Origin: a virus
DNA length: 64,000 nt
Reading direction: 5' to 3' (one strand)
IMG/VR virus record: IMGVR_UViG_3300037247_000655
Coordinates: 1 to 64,000 of that record
The notes under the pieces are model-generated. The model worked only from the letters and a program-made list of their open reading frames with translations. It had not been told where the DNA came from and searched no databases. Of the stretch, positions 19,413-30,000 are shown piece by piece (positions within the stretch are counted from its first letter, which is position 1; each line of letters starts with the position of its first letter). The translations under genes were made by a program, and so were the position numbers.

Positions 19413-19851
19413 CTCTACTACACTCCGTCCATTGTTCTATCCATTCCCGTGGGTTTTGCTTATAATGTTGTGTTAAGTATGATATATATCCTAAATTATC
19501 GCTAACGACAGGGGCTAGACTTTTTTCTATCATATAGATTTCAGATAATGTAAACCAACCCATGCCTATTATCTCTGGATCGCTGGGCCTTAATTCGCAG
19601 GTCCACTGGTCGCAATAAAAAATGTGAATGTGATATTGTGGTGTTTGTGTATTGCATAATAGCCTAAATCTTTGTCCCTTAACCCCAACTTCTTCGTACA
19701 GTTCCCTATAAACAGCATCTATAGTAGTTTCGTTATGATTTATTTTTCCACCAGGGAAGGTCCATTTTCCCCCAAAGCCATCATCTATAGCTCTTTGTGC
19801 AAGCAGGAATCTATCATTTTGATATAATATCACCAGTACGACATCTTGCAT
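19405..19851 (-). CDS. NUDIX hydrolase
   Basis: Nudix box GGKINHNETTIDAVYRELYEEVG. Confidence 0.9.
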   Translation of the reverse strand: MQDVVLVILYQNDRFLLAQRAIDDGFGGKWTFPGGKINHNETTIDAVYRELYEEVGVKGQRFRLLCNTQTPQYHIHIFYCDQWTCELRPSDPEIIGMGWFTLSEIYMIEKSLAPVVSDNLGYISYLTQHYKQNPREWIEQWTECSRGV

Positions 19852-19871
19852 TGTGATACCCCCTGCTTATG

Positions 19872-19880
19872 TTATACACC
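19872..19880 (-). promoter_or_regulatory. Class-2 promoter GGTGTATAA
   Basis: Intergenic, upstream of the NUDIX gene. Confidence 0.55.
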
Positions 19881-19882
19881 AA

Positions 19883-20458
19883 TTACCTGTTGTCGCCATC
19901 TCCTTTTAATACACCTCTGGCCTTCCTGCTGAATAGTTTGGCAATATTCTGTACACAAACATCTTCTAAAGTGAAACCACACTTAATAGCCATTTCTTCC
20001 ACACAGGTGACCACGTGTGTTAGGTGGTTAGGAAGGTCACTAAATCTCGTGATTTCTCTAGGATCACATCTATATTTGTAGTGCCATGTCTCCAATAGTG
20101 CGGCAGCATTCGAAGCTTGTCTATTAAGATGCAAGACTAGTCTCGGCAATATGAGACGCCGTATGTTGTGTGTTATGCGTGCAGTTCTCATATCATGTAT
20201 CATACAAAGGTTAAGGTCACAATCGCAACACACATTAGCGCAGTACCACATTACGTCACCTAATTCTTTCTTAATATCTTCTCGTCTTTTAGGTGACATT
20301 TCGTTGTCATCATCTCTGATAAGCTTCTTTACTTTTTCAGAAACTTCTCCACATTCTCCAACCAAACCAAGTGCAGGGTATATCATAGTAGCACTTGGTG
20401 ATTGTAGATATATTGCAACACTGCGAGCGTCTATTTGGTACTTTTTAAGATCAATCAT
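19883..20458 (-). CDS. mazG: MazG-like nucleotide pyrophosphohydrolase
   Basis: LGLVGECGEVSEKVKK...KELGDVMWY...NIAKLFSR...GDGDNR. Confidence 0.85.
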   Translation of the reverse strand: MIDLKKYQIDARSVAIYLQSPSATMIYPALGLVGECGEVSEKVKKLIRDDDNEMSPKRREDIKKELGDVMWYCANVCCDCDLNLCMIHDMRTARITHNIRRLILPRLVLHLNRQASNAAALLETWHYKYRCDPREITRFSDLPNHLTHVVTCVEEMAIKCGFTLEDVCVQNIAKLFSRKARGVLKGDGDNR

Positions 20459-21162
20459 TCATCTTCTCCTTCTGTGTATTCGTGTTTGCCTGATTTCATA
20501 CCAGATTGCCACTTATCGTTTTGTTTGTTTGTTGCGTGGTACTTATATGGGTCTTGCATGGTTTCGAGAACCCAATCTGCAAGTCCATTATTTACAGCTT
20601 GCTCTGCTGTATATATAGTATCTTTTGAGCACAGTTTTTCTATTTTCTCTAACGTAATCCTAGGTTTAGCAGCTTTCATTCTACTATAATAAATACCATA
20701 CATTAGTTTACGTGTTTTCTCTACGTGCTTAGCCCATGCTTCAACGCTTTTGCATGTACCAGTTAAGTCTTCTGTTCCGTCATGGATCATAAATGTGCAG
20801 TGCGGAGCTACTATACGAGAGTCGCATGCTTGTATTATTATTGATCCCATGGACATGGCGTGTCCCCAACAGATGCCATATACATGAGATCTTGAAGCTT
20901 TAATAGCATCGTACATACTCATGCCATGCAGCCAGTCGCCCCCTAGGTTGTTCATGTGTATAAAGATTGGTTTAGATGAGATGAGATTCAAATGCAACAT
21001 GGCTTTGATAAAAAACTCTGACATCTGACAGTCAGTCCCAGACTCTCCATATCCGCCTTCTGTTTCTGCATCATGTGAACCAACATGGATCATCCGGTTC
21101 GATGGTAAGTAGCTGAATTCAAACCATCTGTCAATATCCTCTTTAGTATACATGCCCATCAA
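20455..21162 (-). CDS. clpP: ClpP-like serine protease
   Basis: NNLGGD...AMSMGS (catalytic Ser), FMIHD (His), D..YTAEQAV..GLAD. Confidence 0.85.
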   Translation of the reverse strand: MMGMYTKEDIDRWFEFSYLPSNRMIHVGSHDAETEGGYGESGTDCQMSEFFIKAMLHLNLISSKPIFIHMNNLGGDWLHGMSMYDAIKASRSHVYGICWGHAMSMGSIIIQACDSRIVAPHCTFMIHDGTEDLTGTCKSVEAWAKHVEKTRKLMYGIYYSRMKAAKPRITLEKIEKLCSKDTIYTAEQAVNNGLADWVLETMQDPYKYHATNKQNDKWQSGMKSGKHEYTEGEDE

Positions 21163-21473
21163 ACTACCTTACTAACATTAATAGGTAAATCGCAATAATT
21201 ACATTTTTCTATGTTTTGTATTAGACCAACACAATGCGGGCATAGGGTCTTTATGGGGCTATTGAGCACATAGAAAACTACTATACCACCAATACATTCG
21301 TCACATACGCATATGCCACCCATGACCTGTCGCATGTTTACAGTTGTTTTTATTTCGCCACAAATATCACACAACAAGTGTTTGTTTGACGATTCTGTTG
21401 AGTTTCTCGATAACAACGAGAAAGTGTCCGAAATACAGGTCGATAAAATCTTTGCGAGTCCATTCATATCCAT
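21159..21473 (-). CDS. ClpX-type C4 zinc-finger-like protein
   Basis: CDICG...GICVCDECI resembles the ClpX Zn-binding domain (CSFCG...ICDECV); extra CxxC pairs. Confidence 0.55.
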   Translation of the reverse strand: MDMNGLAKILSTCISDTFSLLSRNSTESSNKHLLCDICGEIKTTVNMRQVMGGICVCDECIGGIVVFYVLNSPIKTLCPHCVGLIQNIEKCNYCDLPINVSKVV

Positions 21474-21720
21474 CCATTATCTCCGGCTGGCTGCTAATTA
21501 CATCTGCCCATTGCGGCAACTCTTTACATAAGGAGTCCTGAAGTGTCAGTTGTTTTGCGTGATATTCTGAATCAAAAATTACCGGTCTCCCAGTAGTGCG
21601 ACGTATCCGCCCATCGATGCCACCTGGATTAGATTCGGCTTTTTCCTTAGATGTCTTTTTCCCATAGACCAACAAGTCTATCCATTGTTTAAGCAACTCT
21701 TTTACAGCTTTGTTATTCAT
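21367..21720 (-). CDS. Hypothetical protein
   Basis: Coupled to the MTase stop. It overlaps the 21159..21473 ORF, whose start may lie further downstream. Confidence 0.55.
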   Translation of the reverse strand: MNNKAVKELLKQWIDLLVYGKKTSKEKAESNPGGIDGRIRRTTGRPVIFDSEYHAKQLTLQDSLCKELPQWADVISSQPEIMDGYEWTRKDFIDLYFGHFLVVIEKLNRIVKQTLVV

Positions 21721-22426
21721 AATTTACCCCAAGAATTTCTGCCGTTTTTGCAATACATGGTTCACTTATTTCTATGCCCACACAATCTAAGCCAAGTCTC
21801 TGACACACTATTTCCACAGTCCCAGAACCCGCGAACGGATCAAGTACACGTCCATTTGGTTTACAGTGTCCAGAAACTATTCTATTGACGAGATCCTCTG
21901 GTAACTGGGTTGGACAATGTTTTCTTTTTTCTTTAAATGTGCCACAAATACGCGAGAATTCCCAAACATTTTCCGGCATCTTCCCATTCTTAGACGCCCT
22001 CTTGTCCTTATACTTTGTCTGTCTGGCGCTAGGCACTTTTATTTGATCCGGTCGGACATAGTCGGAGTTCAACCAGTATAACGGCCTATAGCACAATGCA
22101 TATTTACCCTTACTTGTCTGATCTTGACCGAATGTATAGTGCCACTGTAATCTTTGTATTAAAGGTAAACCTATCGATTTGATAGCGTTTTCTACTGTAC
22201 GGGTCCATTTTTCGTTAAAAGTTATGAAAATAGGACCATTTGTTATTTCGGCCATCTTAGTTAGCCATATCCAGATATTGTTCTCATAATCGTATGGATG
22301 CTGTTTATCTACAAATCCATCATATTTTAGACCTATATTGTCTGGAGGATCCGAGACTATGAGATCAACAGGTCCTATTGTGGAATTAGGAATATCACTA
22401 AAATCTCCATGTATCAGTCTAATCAT
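21713..22426 (-). CDS. N6A/N4C DNA methyltransferase (beta class)
   Basis: Start MIRLIHGD; motif IV DPPD (usually DPPY); PTQLP; LDPFAGSG. Confidence 0.85.
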   Translation of the reverse strand: MIRLIHGDFSDIPNSTIGPVDLIVSDPPDNIGLKYDGFVDKQHPYDYENNIWIWLTKMAEITNGPIFITFNEKWTRTVENAIKSIGLPLIQRLQWHYTFGQDQTSKGKYALCYRPLYWLNSDYVRPDQIKVPSARQTKYKDKRASKNGKMPENVWEFSRICGTFKEKRKHCPTQLPEDLVNRIVSGHCKPNGRVLDPFAGSGTVEIVCQRLGLDCVGIEISEPCIAKTAEILGVNYE

Positions 22427-22457
22427 CCGGTTAACTCCACATGTATCTTCATACCTC

Positions 22458-22486
22458 ATTATACGTGTGAACTGGCTACTTGTTCG
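22458..22486 (-). promoter_or_regulatory. Class-1 promoter CGAACA-N15-CGTATAAT
   Basis: Upstream of the MTase gene, preceded by a T tract on the coding strand. Confidence 0.7.
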
Positions 22487-22569
22487 ATAAAAAAAAGAAA
22501 AAAAATGGAACACTTTTTCATAATGGCCCTCTCTATATATATGGAGGGGTGTTGTTATAGGACGTTGTT

Positions 22570-22578
22570 GTGTATAAT
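22570..22578 (+). promoter_or_regulatory. Class-2 promoter GTGTATAAT
   Basis: At the head of the rightward late block. Confidence 0.55.
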
Positions 22579-22749
22579 TTTCTTGGGTGATAAAAGTGTG
22601 TGATAAAAAAGGCAAAGCGAAAGTGCGTTTGATTACTTGCGGGACAGATAAAGCTGAGGCTAAAGCTGTTGTTGATCTCGACGTACCAGATCCAGAACCA
22701 GTTGTGGGTAAAAAGATTATTCAAGAAGCAATAGGAGATTTAGAAGAGG

Positions 22750-23295
22750 ATGACAGTAAGCAAAACGATTCTTGATGCAGCTACGCCCATAATAGAGGGA
22801 CTAGCTAGATCTCGCAGTGTTAACGGTGCGTTTGCGTATTACGAAAGCGGAGATGTTTCTCAGGAGGTTTGGTACTTGTGCCTTGAAGCATTGCAGCGGT
22901 ATGATCCGAAAATAGGTCCTATTGAGAACTATCTGGTGAGACATGTGAGTAATCGTATCAAAAATTTGAGAAGAGATAAGTATTTTCGTCCTGGTTCAGA
23001 TCTTCCAAGTTCTGGATTAGCTCTCACAAGGATGAACTTAGTTAATGCTCTTCCTTTGGACAATGGGGATATAGCTGAAAACGGCACACTTTTAGGCTCG
23101 GAACAAGGCAACATTAATCCATTGGACGGTTTAATCAGGGATGAGACCTTGGCGTATATCAGGGTCAGGTTGCCAGATAATCTCATTGAACCATTCGATG
23201 ATATCATTTGCAATAACAAGGTACGGAGTCCTCTGGTTGCTGAAGTCCGATATAAGGTTGCTGAGATTTTGGTAGAAAGAGATGATTGTGCCTGA
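22750..23295 (+). CDS. Phage sigma-factor-like protein (region 2 present, no clear region 4)
   Basis: DVSQEVWYLCLEALQRYDP...IENYLVRHVSNRIKNLRR. Confidence 0.7.
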   Translation: MTVSKTILDAATPIIEGLARSRSVNGAFAYYESGDVSQEVWYLCLEALQRYDPKIGPIENYLVRHVSNRIKNLRRDKYFRPGSDLPSSGLALTRMNLVNALPLDNGDIAENGTLLGSEQGNINPLDGLIRDETLAYIRVRLPDNLIEPFDDIICNNKVRSPLVAEVRYKVAEILVERDDCA

Positions 23296-24199
23296 ACCAA
23301 AGAACAAAAGATTGTCTGCTAATCCAAAAGCACTAAAAATACTAGCGAACAGTATTGCTAGGGGCTTAAGTGATCCAGAAATTCAACAACTATTGGCTGA
23401 TGAATGTGGGTATAAATGGGCGGTGGATACAATTGGACGCAGACGTCGTGCTATGGGTGTGATTAAGAAGCCTGGGCATCCTGTTGATGTTAATGTTATC
23501 GATTCTCCGATGCTCACTTTGCCTCCATATGGACTTTCTGACGTTGAAAAGGCAACTTGGTTTCGAGACAAATTTAAGAGGACGCACCTGTATCAGACTG
23601 TTAAGCAGCAATTTGATACATCCGAGGTCTATGTTTATCTAGAAGAATTTGGTCTTTTGTGTTGTCAGTTCGAAGACATAGTTGTTAGTGAATTCATGCA
23701 GATTGACGACTTTCTGAAACACAGGATTCTTGTTAATAGACAACTGATCCTTACACGTTCTCTGCAGAAACAAATCACTATATTACAAGAATGGTTTATT
23801 GAGCATCCAAAGAAAGATGATGAAGGCAAGGAGACTATCAAGTTCCGTATAGTACAACAGGGAATTTTAGATAAGAAATATCAGTATCTAAAAGTTTTTG
23901 ATGATAGATACGACGCCCTTGTGAAAGAGAGACAAAAAATACATAGTAGCTTAGCTGCTACTAGGAAAGATAGACTTGATGAATTGAAGGGCGGAAAGGA
24001 AACATTTCTTGAGTTGGTAAGCAAGCTACAGCATTCGCAAGACGAAAGAGATAGGCATGGTCGTTTTGCGGAGTTAACAAAGATAGCAGCAGATGACATA
24101 AAAATTGAATTTCGTAAACCAAACGAGTTTCCAGATGGTAGCGTTGATCCGATAATCATGGACAGTAAAACCTCTTTTGATGAGATTGAAGATGAATAA
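23282..24199 (+). CDS. HTH plus coiled-coil protein, possibly the terminase small subunit
   Basis: N-terminal HTH-like segment, helical C-terminus, located upstream of terL. Confidence 0.45.
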   Translation: MIVPEPKNKRLSANPKALKILANSIARGLSDPEIQQLLADECGYKWAVDTIGRRRRAMGVIKKPGHPVDVNVIDSPMLTLPPYGLSDVEKATWFRDKFKRTHLYQTVKQQFDTSEVYVYLEEFGLLCCQFEDIVVSEFMQIDDFLKHRILVNRQLILTRSLQKQITILQEWFIEHPKKDDEGKETIKFRIVQQGILDKKYQYLKVFDDRYDALVKERQKIHSSLAATRKDRLDELKGGKETFLELVSKLQHSQDERDRHGRFAELTKIAADDIKIEFRKPNEFPDGSVDPIIMDSKTSFDEIEDE

Positions 24200-25301
24200 G
24201 TGCGCTCTGTGTATTCCACGTCCGGGTGTTAGTTCCCAAATGATACAGGAGGGGTACGTAGATGCCCTGCGACACCTTGGCTGGAAGGTGTACGTTGGAG
24301 ATCCAAAGACCAAATTGTGTTGTAAGCAATGGATAGAGGCTCATGAAATAAGACTTATAATGACGCATTCTAGATTTGGTGTCAGACAATTGCCCATTAA
24401 TACAATTAACGACAATGGCGTTGAAGTAATTGTAGACGCTCTGCCGCTGAACGAAGGCAATAAAACTATTGATGGTCCATATGACTATGCTCACGACGAC
24501 GAGCCAACCCTGATTAGAGAAATCAATAAAGCTACTGTGCATACTAAGCTGGGAAAGCATCTATGGAAAGAGTATATGAATGGATGGATAGACAAAGGCG
24601 TTGATCTTCTACACTTACCAGTTGCAGGGAATATAGTTAAAGCTATGCCTCCATCGTGCTCGCTCATGACAGACGTTGCAATGGTTGCTAATTTTACAAA
24701 TAGACAAGGTGTGATGAATCACTTAATAGAACCTCTATTCAACAGACTATCTTTGTTGGGATATTCGTACCAAGCGTTTGGTGATGACGCGTGGCAACTT
24801 GCTGGTTTAAACTATAATGGTCCGCTGTTGGGAGATACCAATAAACTGGCTCATGTGTACGGTACTGCAAAAGTATGTCCGAACGTTCACACAGAAAGAC
24901 AGATAAGTCTTCAGTCGCATATTAACGAAAGATCCTTTATGATCCCCCTTTGTGGCGGTACTCAGGTTTCTGACAATCCCATGACGACCAAGTATTTAGG
25001 GACAGACTGCGTCGTTGCAACGAGTATTACCGATTTTATCCAGAAGGTTATCTGGTTGGCGGGAAGTAGCGAGAACAGGAATGAAATGGTCCGTAATTTA
25101 TCAGAACACGTAGCTAATAATCACACATATTTTAATAGATTGTCGCACCTGTTTGATATTATGGGTTTACATGGACTATCTGACGAAGTGGATATCAAGG
25201 GACAAGCATTCGCGGTGAAACACGGTTGGGAATTAAACGCTAGATTGAGTGCAGCAGAAAGAGGTGTAAGTTATGAAACAAAAACCTTCGGTAGTGCGTA
25301 A
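24192..25301 (+). CDS. Glycosyltransferase (CgeB / Glyco_trans_1_2-like)
   Basis: NVH...INERSFMIPLCGGTQVSD...HTYFNRL. Confidence 0.75.
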   Translation: MNKCALCIPRPGVSSQMIQEGYVDALRHLGWKVYVGDPKTKLCCKQWIEAHEIRLIMTHSRFGVRQLPINTINDNGVEVIVDALPLNEGNKTIDGPYDYAHDDEPTLIREINKATVHTKLGKHLWKEYMNGWIDKGVDLLHLPVAGNIVKAMPPSCSLMTDVAMVANFTNRQGVMNHLIEPLFNRLSLLGYSYQAFGDDAWQLAGLNYNGPLLGDTNKLAHVYGTAKVCPNVHTERQISLQSHINERSFMIPLCGGTQVSDNPMTTKYLGTDCVVATSITDFIQKVIWLAGSSENRNEMVRNLSEHVANNHTYFNRLSHLFDIMGLHGLSDEVDIKGQAFAVKHGWELNARLSAAERGVSYETKTFGSA

Positions 25302-25545
25302 TATCGCTAAAAGGATAAGCGGCGTAACAATGCCAATTGGCCGTAAACGTATGAGGTGGCTACGTAACTGGCCATGCTTATGTGGTAGTGAAAACAAATA
25401 TAAGAACTGTTGCATGAAAGACATAGAGAGTCTAACATCTTCGGATGGAAATGTGACTACTAAATCGCTACCGAAAGAAATTCAAGAAACAGTAGATGCG
25501 CTCCGTAAGGCTGCTGAAAAGAAAGGTTCTTGTAAAAATGGCTAA
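25273..25545 (+). CDS. SEC-C motif protein
   Basis: RNWPCLCGSENKYKNCC. Confidence 0.8.
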   Translation: MKQKPSVVRNIAKRISGVTMPIGRKRMRWLRNWPCLCGSENKYKNCCMKDIESLTSSDGNVTTKSLPKEIQETVDALRKAAEKKGSCKNG

Positions 25546-26551
25546 GAAAGCTTTGATCACTGGCGTGACTGGACAGGATGGTAGTTATCTGTCTGATTTT
25601 CTACTAGAAAAAGATTATGAGGTGTACGGGTTGATAAGGAGGTCATCTGTCAGGAGTACCGAACGCATTGCGCATTTGCTGTGTAACCCTAACTTTACGT
25701 TAATAGATGGGGACATAACTGATTCCGCGTGTATGCACAGATTGGTTTCCGGAATAAAACCAGATGAAGTTTATAACTTAGCCGCGATGAGCCATGTTGG
25801 GGTTTCGTTTGATCAGCCGATCACAACATGTGATATTGATGCAGTTGGTCCTCTTAATATATTGGAGGCTATCAGACAAACATCTCCGTCGACTAAGTTC
25901 TATCAAGCCAGCACCTCAGAACTATTCGGAGACACAGATATTGCTCCGCAGTCAGAGAACACACCTATGATGCCAAATTCACCATATGCAGTAGCTAAGC
26001 TGTATGCACATCATATGGTAGCCCTTTATCGTCGTGCATACGGTATCTTTGCATGTGCGGGTATATTGTTTAACCACGAAAGTGAGAGAAGGGGAGAGGA
26101 TTTCGTAACACGTAAAATAACTAGGTATGTTGCAAGTCTTCTGAGATGGATGGATTTAAACGATGGTTTCCCGCGTAAAGATGTAGATGTTCCCCCTTTG
26201 GCCCTGGGCAACATTGAAGCTAAAAGAGATTGGTCACATGCGGCGGATATGGTAAGAGGCATGTGGTTGATGATGCAGCATGAAAAGCCAGATGATTATG
26301 TTTTAGGGTCTGGAGAAACTCGCACAGTTAAGGATTTTCTCAATGCAGCATTTGGTTCGATCGGATTGGATTACAGTGAGTATGTTATAATAGATCCAAA
26401 GTTCTATAGACCAGTTGATGTCAATTTGCTTCATGCAGACTCTAGTAAAGCTTTGGCAACACTAGGATGGGAACCAGTTATTAGTTTTGGAGAGTTGGTT
26501 GATCGCATGATACAAAGTGATTACGGATCGGTTATCGAATGCCCCGTTTGA
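25538..26551 (+). CDS. gmd: GDP-mannose 4,6-dehydratase
   Basis: ALITGVTGQDGSYL, YNLAAMSHV, YQASTSELFG, SPYAVAK, LFNHES, FVTRKIT. Confidence 0.95.
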   Translation: MAKKALITGVTGQDGSYLSDFLLEKDYEVYGLIRRSSVRSTERIAHLLCNPNFTLIDGDITDSACMHRLVSGIKPDEVYNLAAMSHVGVSFDQPITTCDIDAVGPLNILEAIRQTSPSTKFYQASTSELFGDTDIAPQSENTPMMPNSPYAVAKLYAHHMVALYRRAYGIFACAGILFNHESERRGEDFVTRKITRYVASLLRWMDLNDGFPRKDVDVPPLALGNIEAKRDWSHAADMVRGMWLMMQHEKPDDYVLGSGETRTVKDFLNAAFGSIGLDYSEYVIIDPKFYRPVDVNLLHADSSKALATLGWEPVISFGELVDRMIQSDYGSVIECPV

Positions 26552-27054
26552 TTCTTCCTGAATACACCGTAATCCGAGACACTCGTGAAAAAGATAATCA
26601 TGGGTGGACATTCGGTGCTCATATGCCAGAGCGTCGTCCTCCTCGATGTAAGGGGACAATGGTAGATACGCTACACACTGGTGACTATACCATGGTTGGA
26701 TACACCGATATCTTGGCAATAGAAAGGAAGGCTGACTTTGCTGAGCTTTGGGGAAATTATAATAGTAAGCAACGTCCGGCGTTCGAGGCTGAGATGGAAC
26801 GTATGTCCGACATAAAACACTCATACATTATCATAGAGTCATTGCTTACGCCAGATATTATGGAGTTATCTCCACCTCAATTCGCAAAGGGTGTTCCTGG
26901 GAAAGCTTTGATCAGGTGGTTAATGTATCTGTCTGTTAAATTTGGTGTTAAGATTATACCAGCGGGTGCATGTGGAAGGAAGATTGCTCAGTTGATTTGC
27001 GAAGAGGTCGTTCGTGTTGAAAAGGATCGCTGGGTTTATCAGGACCCTAAATAA
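26539..27054 (+). CDS. ERCC4-domain structure-specific nuclease
   Basis: DTREK, LHTGDY, IERKA. Confidence 0.8.
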   Translation: MPRLILPEYTVIRDTREKDNHGWTFGAHMPERRPPRCKGTMVDTLHTGDYTMVGYTDILAIERKADFAELWGNYNSKQRPAFEAEMERMSDIKHSYIIIESLLTPDIMELSPPQFAKGVPGKALIRWLMYLSVKFGVKIIPAGACGRKIAQLICEEVVRVEKDRWVYQDPK

Positions 27055-27068
27055 AGGTGACGATATAG

Positions 27069-30000
27069 ATGTCAAAAGTAACTCTTAATGAATTACTGCA
27101 TGGTGATCAAGGAAAGTACGGATACTTATTCCCTTACAGGGATCGGGTTCCAGACATAAAGAAACATCTTCTAGATGATTTCAAACAATCCAAATATCCA
27201 CTAGACCAAACACTTATCAGTAAAATGATGGACATAGATTACATCGGGTGGACAGCAAACGTTATACTGGGTATTGATTTGTTTCCTATACAAATTGCCA
27301 TGCTCCAAATGCTATGGAACACTCCATTTCCAATGCTCGTAGCCTGTCGGGGAGGATCAAAATCATGGATGCTTGCTGTTTATGCCATTCTTAGGGGTCT
27401 TCTTGATCCGGGTTCAAAGATTATTATTATTGGTGCAGGTTTGCGACAAGCTAGATTGGTTTTCAATTATATAGACACAATATGGGCCAATTCACCAATA
27501 CTTAGGGGGATTGTCGGTGGAGGAAAAAACGCTGGCCCAAGGCAGAATGTGGATCTTTGTTATTTTAAGATTGGGGATAGTATTATCTATGCACTTCCCA
27601 CCGGGGACGGCACGAAAATTAGGGGCTTCCGAGCTTCTGTGATCATCGCGGACGAATTTGCATGTCTAGATAGAGACACGTTGGTAGAGACAAATAATGG
27701 ATTAGAAAGAATATCGGATATATCTGATCATAAAACTAGTGTCATTAATAGATATGGAGATTTCGAACGAATAGATTCCTTTATTAAAACTCCTAAGACC
27801 GACGTACATGAAATTTCTACAAAATATGGATATGGATTCAAGTGTTCTAGTATACATAAAGTAATGACCACCAATGGGTGGAAATTGGGAAAAGATTTAA
27901 CTAATAATGATTTTCTAGTTATTAAAAATCAGTATGTTTTTCCGGAGTGTTCCGCTGATGATTCTATGACTGAAGATATTGCATGGCTGATGGGTTTACT
28001 GATCTCTGATGGGGATGTCACTCGCAAGCACGGTGTCAGCATCAAGACTATCGATCAGGACCTCGTAGAGCAGGTCATAACTAAGTTTGCGGGGTTAAGT
28101 CCGAAAGTTTATACCAGAGAAGCATATGTCGATAAAAGAGGATGGAAATGCCAAAAGTCATATGAGATACATATCCACAACACCCTTTTTAGGGAAAAAT
28201 TATATTCATTAGGAATAGATTATGTGGGTGTGGCAGATAAAGTGATACCATCTATTGTTTTAAAATCTCCGAAAAAGATAGTTATATCCTTCTTGAGTGG
28301 TTTGTTCGAAGGAGATGGTTCTTGTTTTTTATGGAAGGATCGCAACACGACAAAACTCGGTGTTGCTTATTATACTATTTCGGACGCATTGGCACAGGAC
28401 CTTCAAACCCTCTTGCTGAAACTAGACATTATATCTTCCAGGCAGACAAGGAGAAGTAAATTAAGTGATAGAAAACAGTGGATGTTAAGATGTAATGGAC
28501 GCCATGCTCTTAATCTTGCTGAATTATTGAACGTGCCAAAATGGGACGATATTATACCAAGAGCACAAACATATTTTCACTCAGACGATTACGGTATTAC
28601 TTTTGACAATGGAAGGGGTAAATGGAGGGCGAATGTCGAGTATGGTGGAAAATTACATTACTTAGGTAGATATTTTGACAAAAATGATGCACTTGAGTCT
28701 GTTAAGAACTTCCAAGCTACGCATGACCCATGTGTTCGTGTAAAACTAGTAACCAAATTGCCACATCAAGATCATTTATACGACTTCTACTTGCCAATGA
28801 CACATAGTTTCCATGGCAACGGTTTTATACAACATAATTCTGTGCCCGAAGATGTTTTTGACATAGTTGTCCGTGGTTTTGCGGCTACCGCTAAATCTCC
28901 CATGGAAGAAGCTAAGAAAATTGCATTTGACAAAAAATTGAGTCAAATGGATATTCCTTCCGACATAAAGCAAAAATTGATGGTAGATGATGGCAAGATG
29001 CATGGTAACCAAATAGTATATTCTGGTACTGCATATTATGCTTTTAATCATTTCGCTAAGAAGCATGAAATGTGGCAGGAAATAATTCGCAGCAAAGGTG
29101 ATCCAGATAAAATATCTCAAATATTCGGGGGAGACAGTCTTGTCCCAGATGATTTCAATTATAAGGATTATTGTATTATAAGAATTCCACACACTCATTT
29201 ACCAGACGGACTATTAGATAAAAGACAATTGGCTCACGCCAAAGCAACTCTTCCTCGTAATATATATCTTATGGAATATGGCGCAGTATTCGTTAAGGAT
29301 TCTGATGGGTTTTTCCCCCGTAGTTTAATAGAGGGGTGCAGTGTTGGTCCCAACAAACCTTTAGACACACCAGATGGTGCTGTTACATTCTCTCCCGCAA
29401 TGAGGGGGATTAAGGGTCCCAAGTATGTAATAGGCATAGATCCAGCTGCAGAACGAGATAATCTTGCAGTTGTCATAATTGAAGTATGGGCTAATCATTA
29501 TCGCGTTGTATATTGTTGGGCTGTGAATAAGAAGGAATTCATCAAACGGAAAAAACGTGGATTGATTACAGACGATGACTACTACGCATACTGCTGCTCT
29601 AGGATCAGAGAGATAGTGCGTCTATTCAATCCTATTCGTGTTGAGATGGATAGTCAGGGTGGCGGGTATGCCATTGCAGAAATGCTTAGAAACCATAAAT
29701 TACTAGATACTGATAAGGGCGATTTCCCTATCTATGAGGTGATTGATTTTGAGGATCCCAAGTCTACAGATGGTGAGACGGACGGACGCCACATCTTACA
29801 CCTTATTAAACAGAGTTCTGAATTCAATCAAGATGCTAATATAGCCCTCCATAAAAGCTTTGAAACTCGTACTCTGCTATTCCCAGCTTTTGATAGTGTT
29901 AAAATGTACGCGGCCATCGAAGCAGAAAAGGCTTCTGGTGTAATTTTCGATACATATGAAGAGAATGTCTATAATATCGAAGAATTGAAAAACGAACTTT

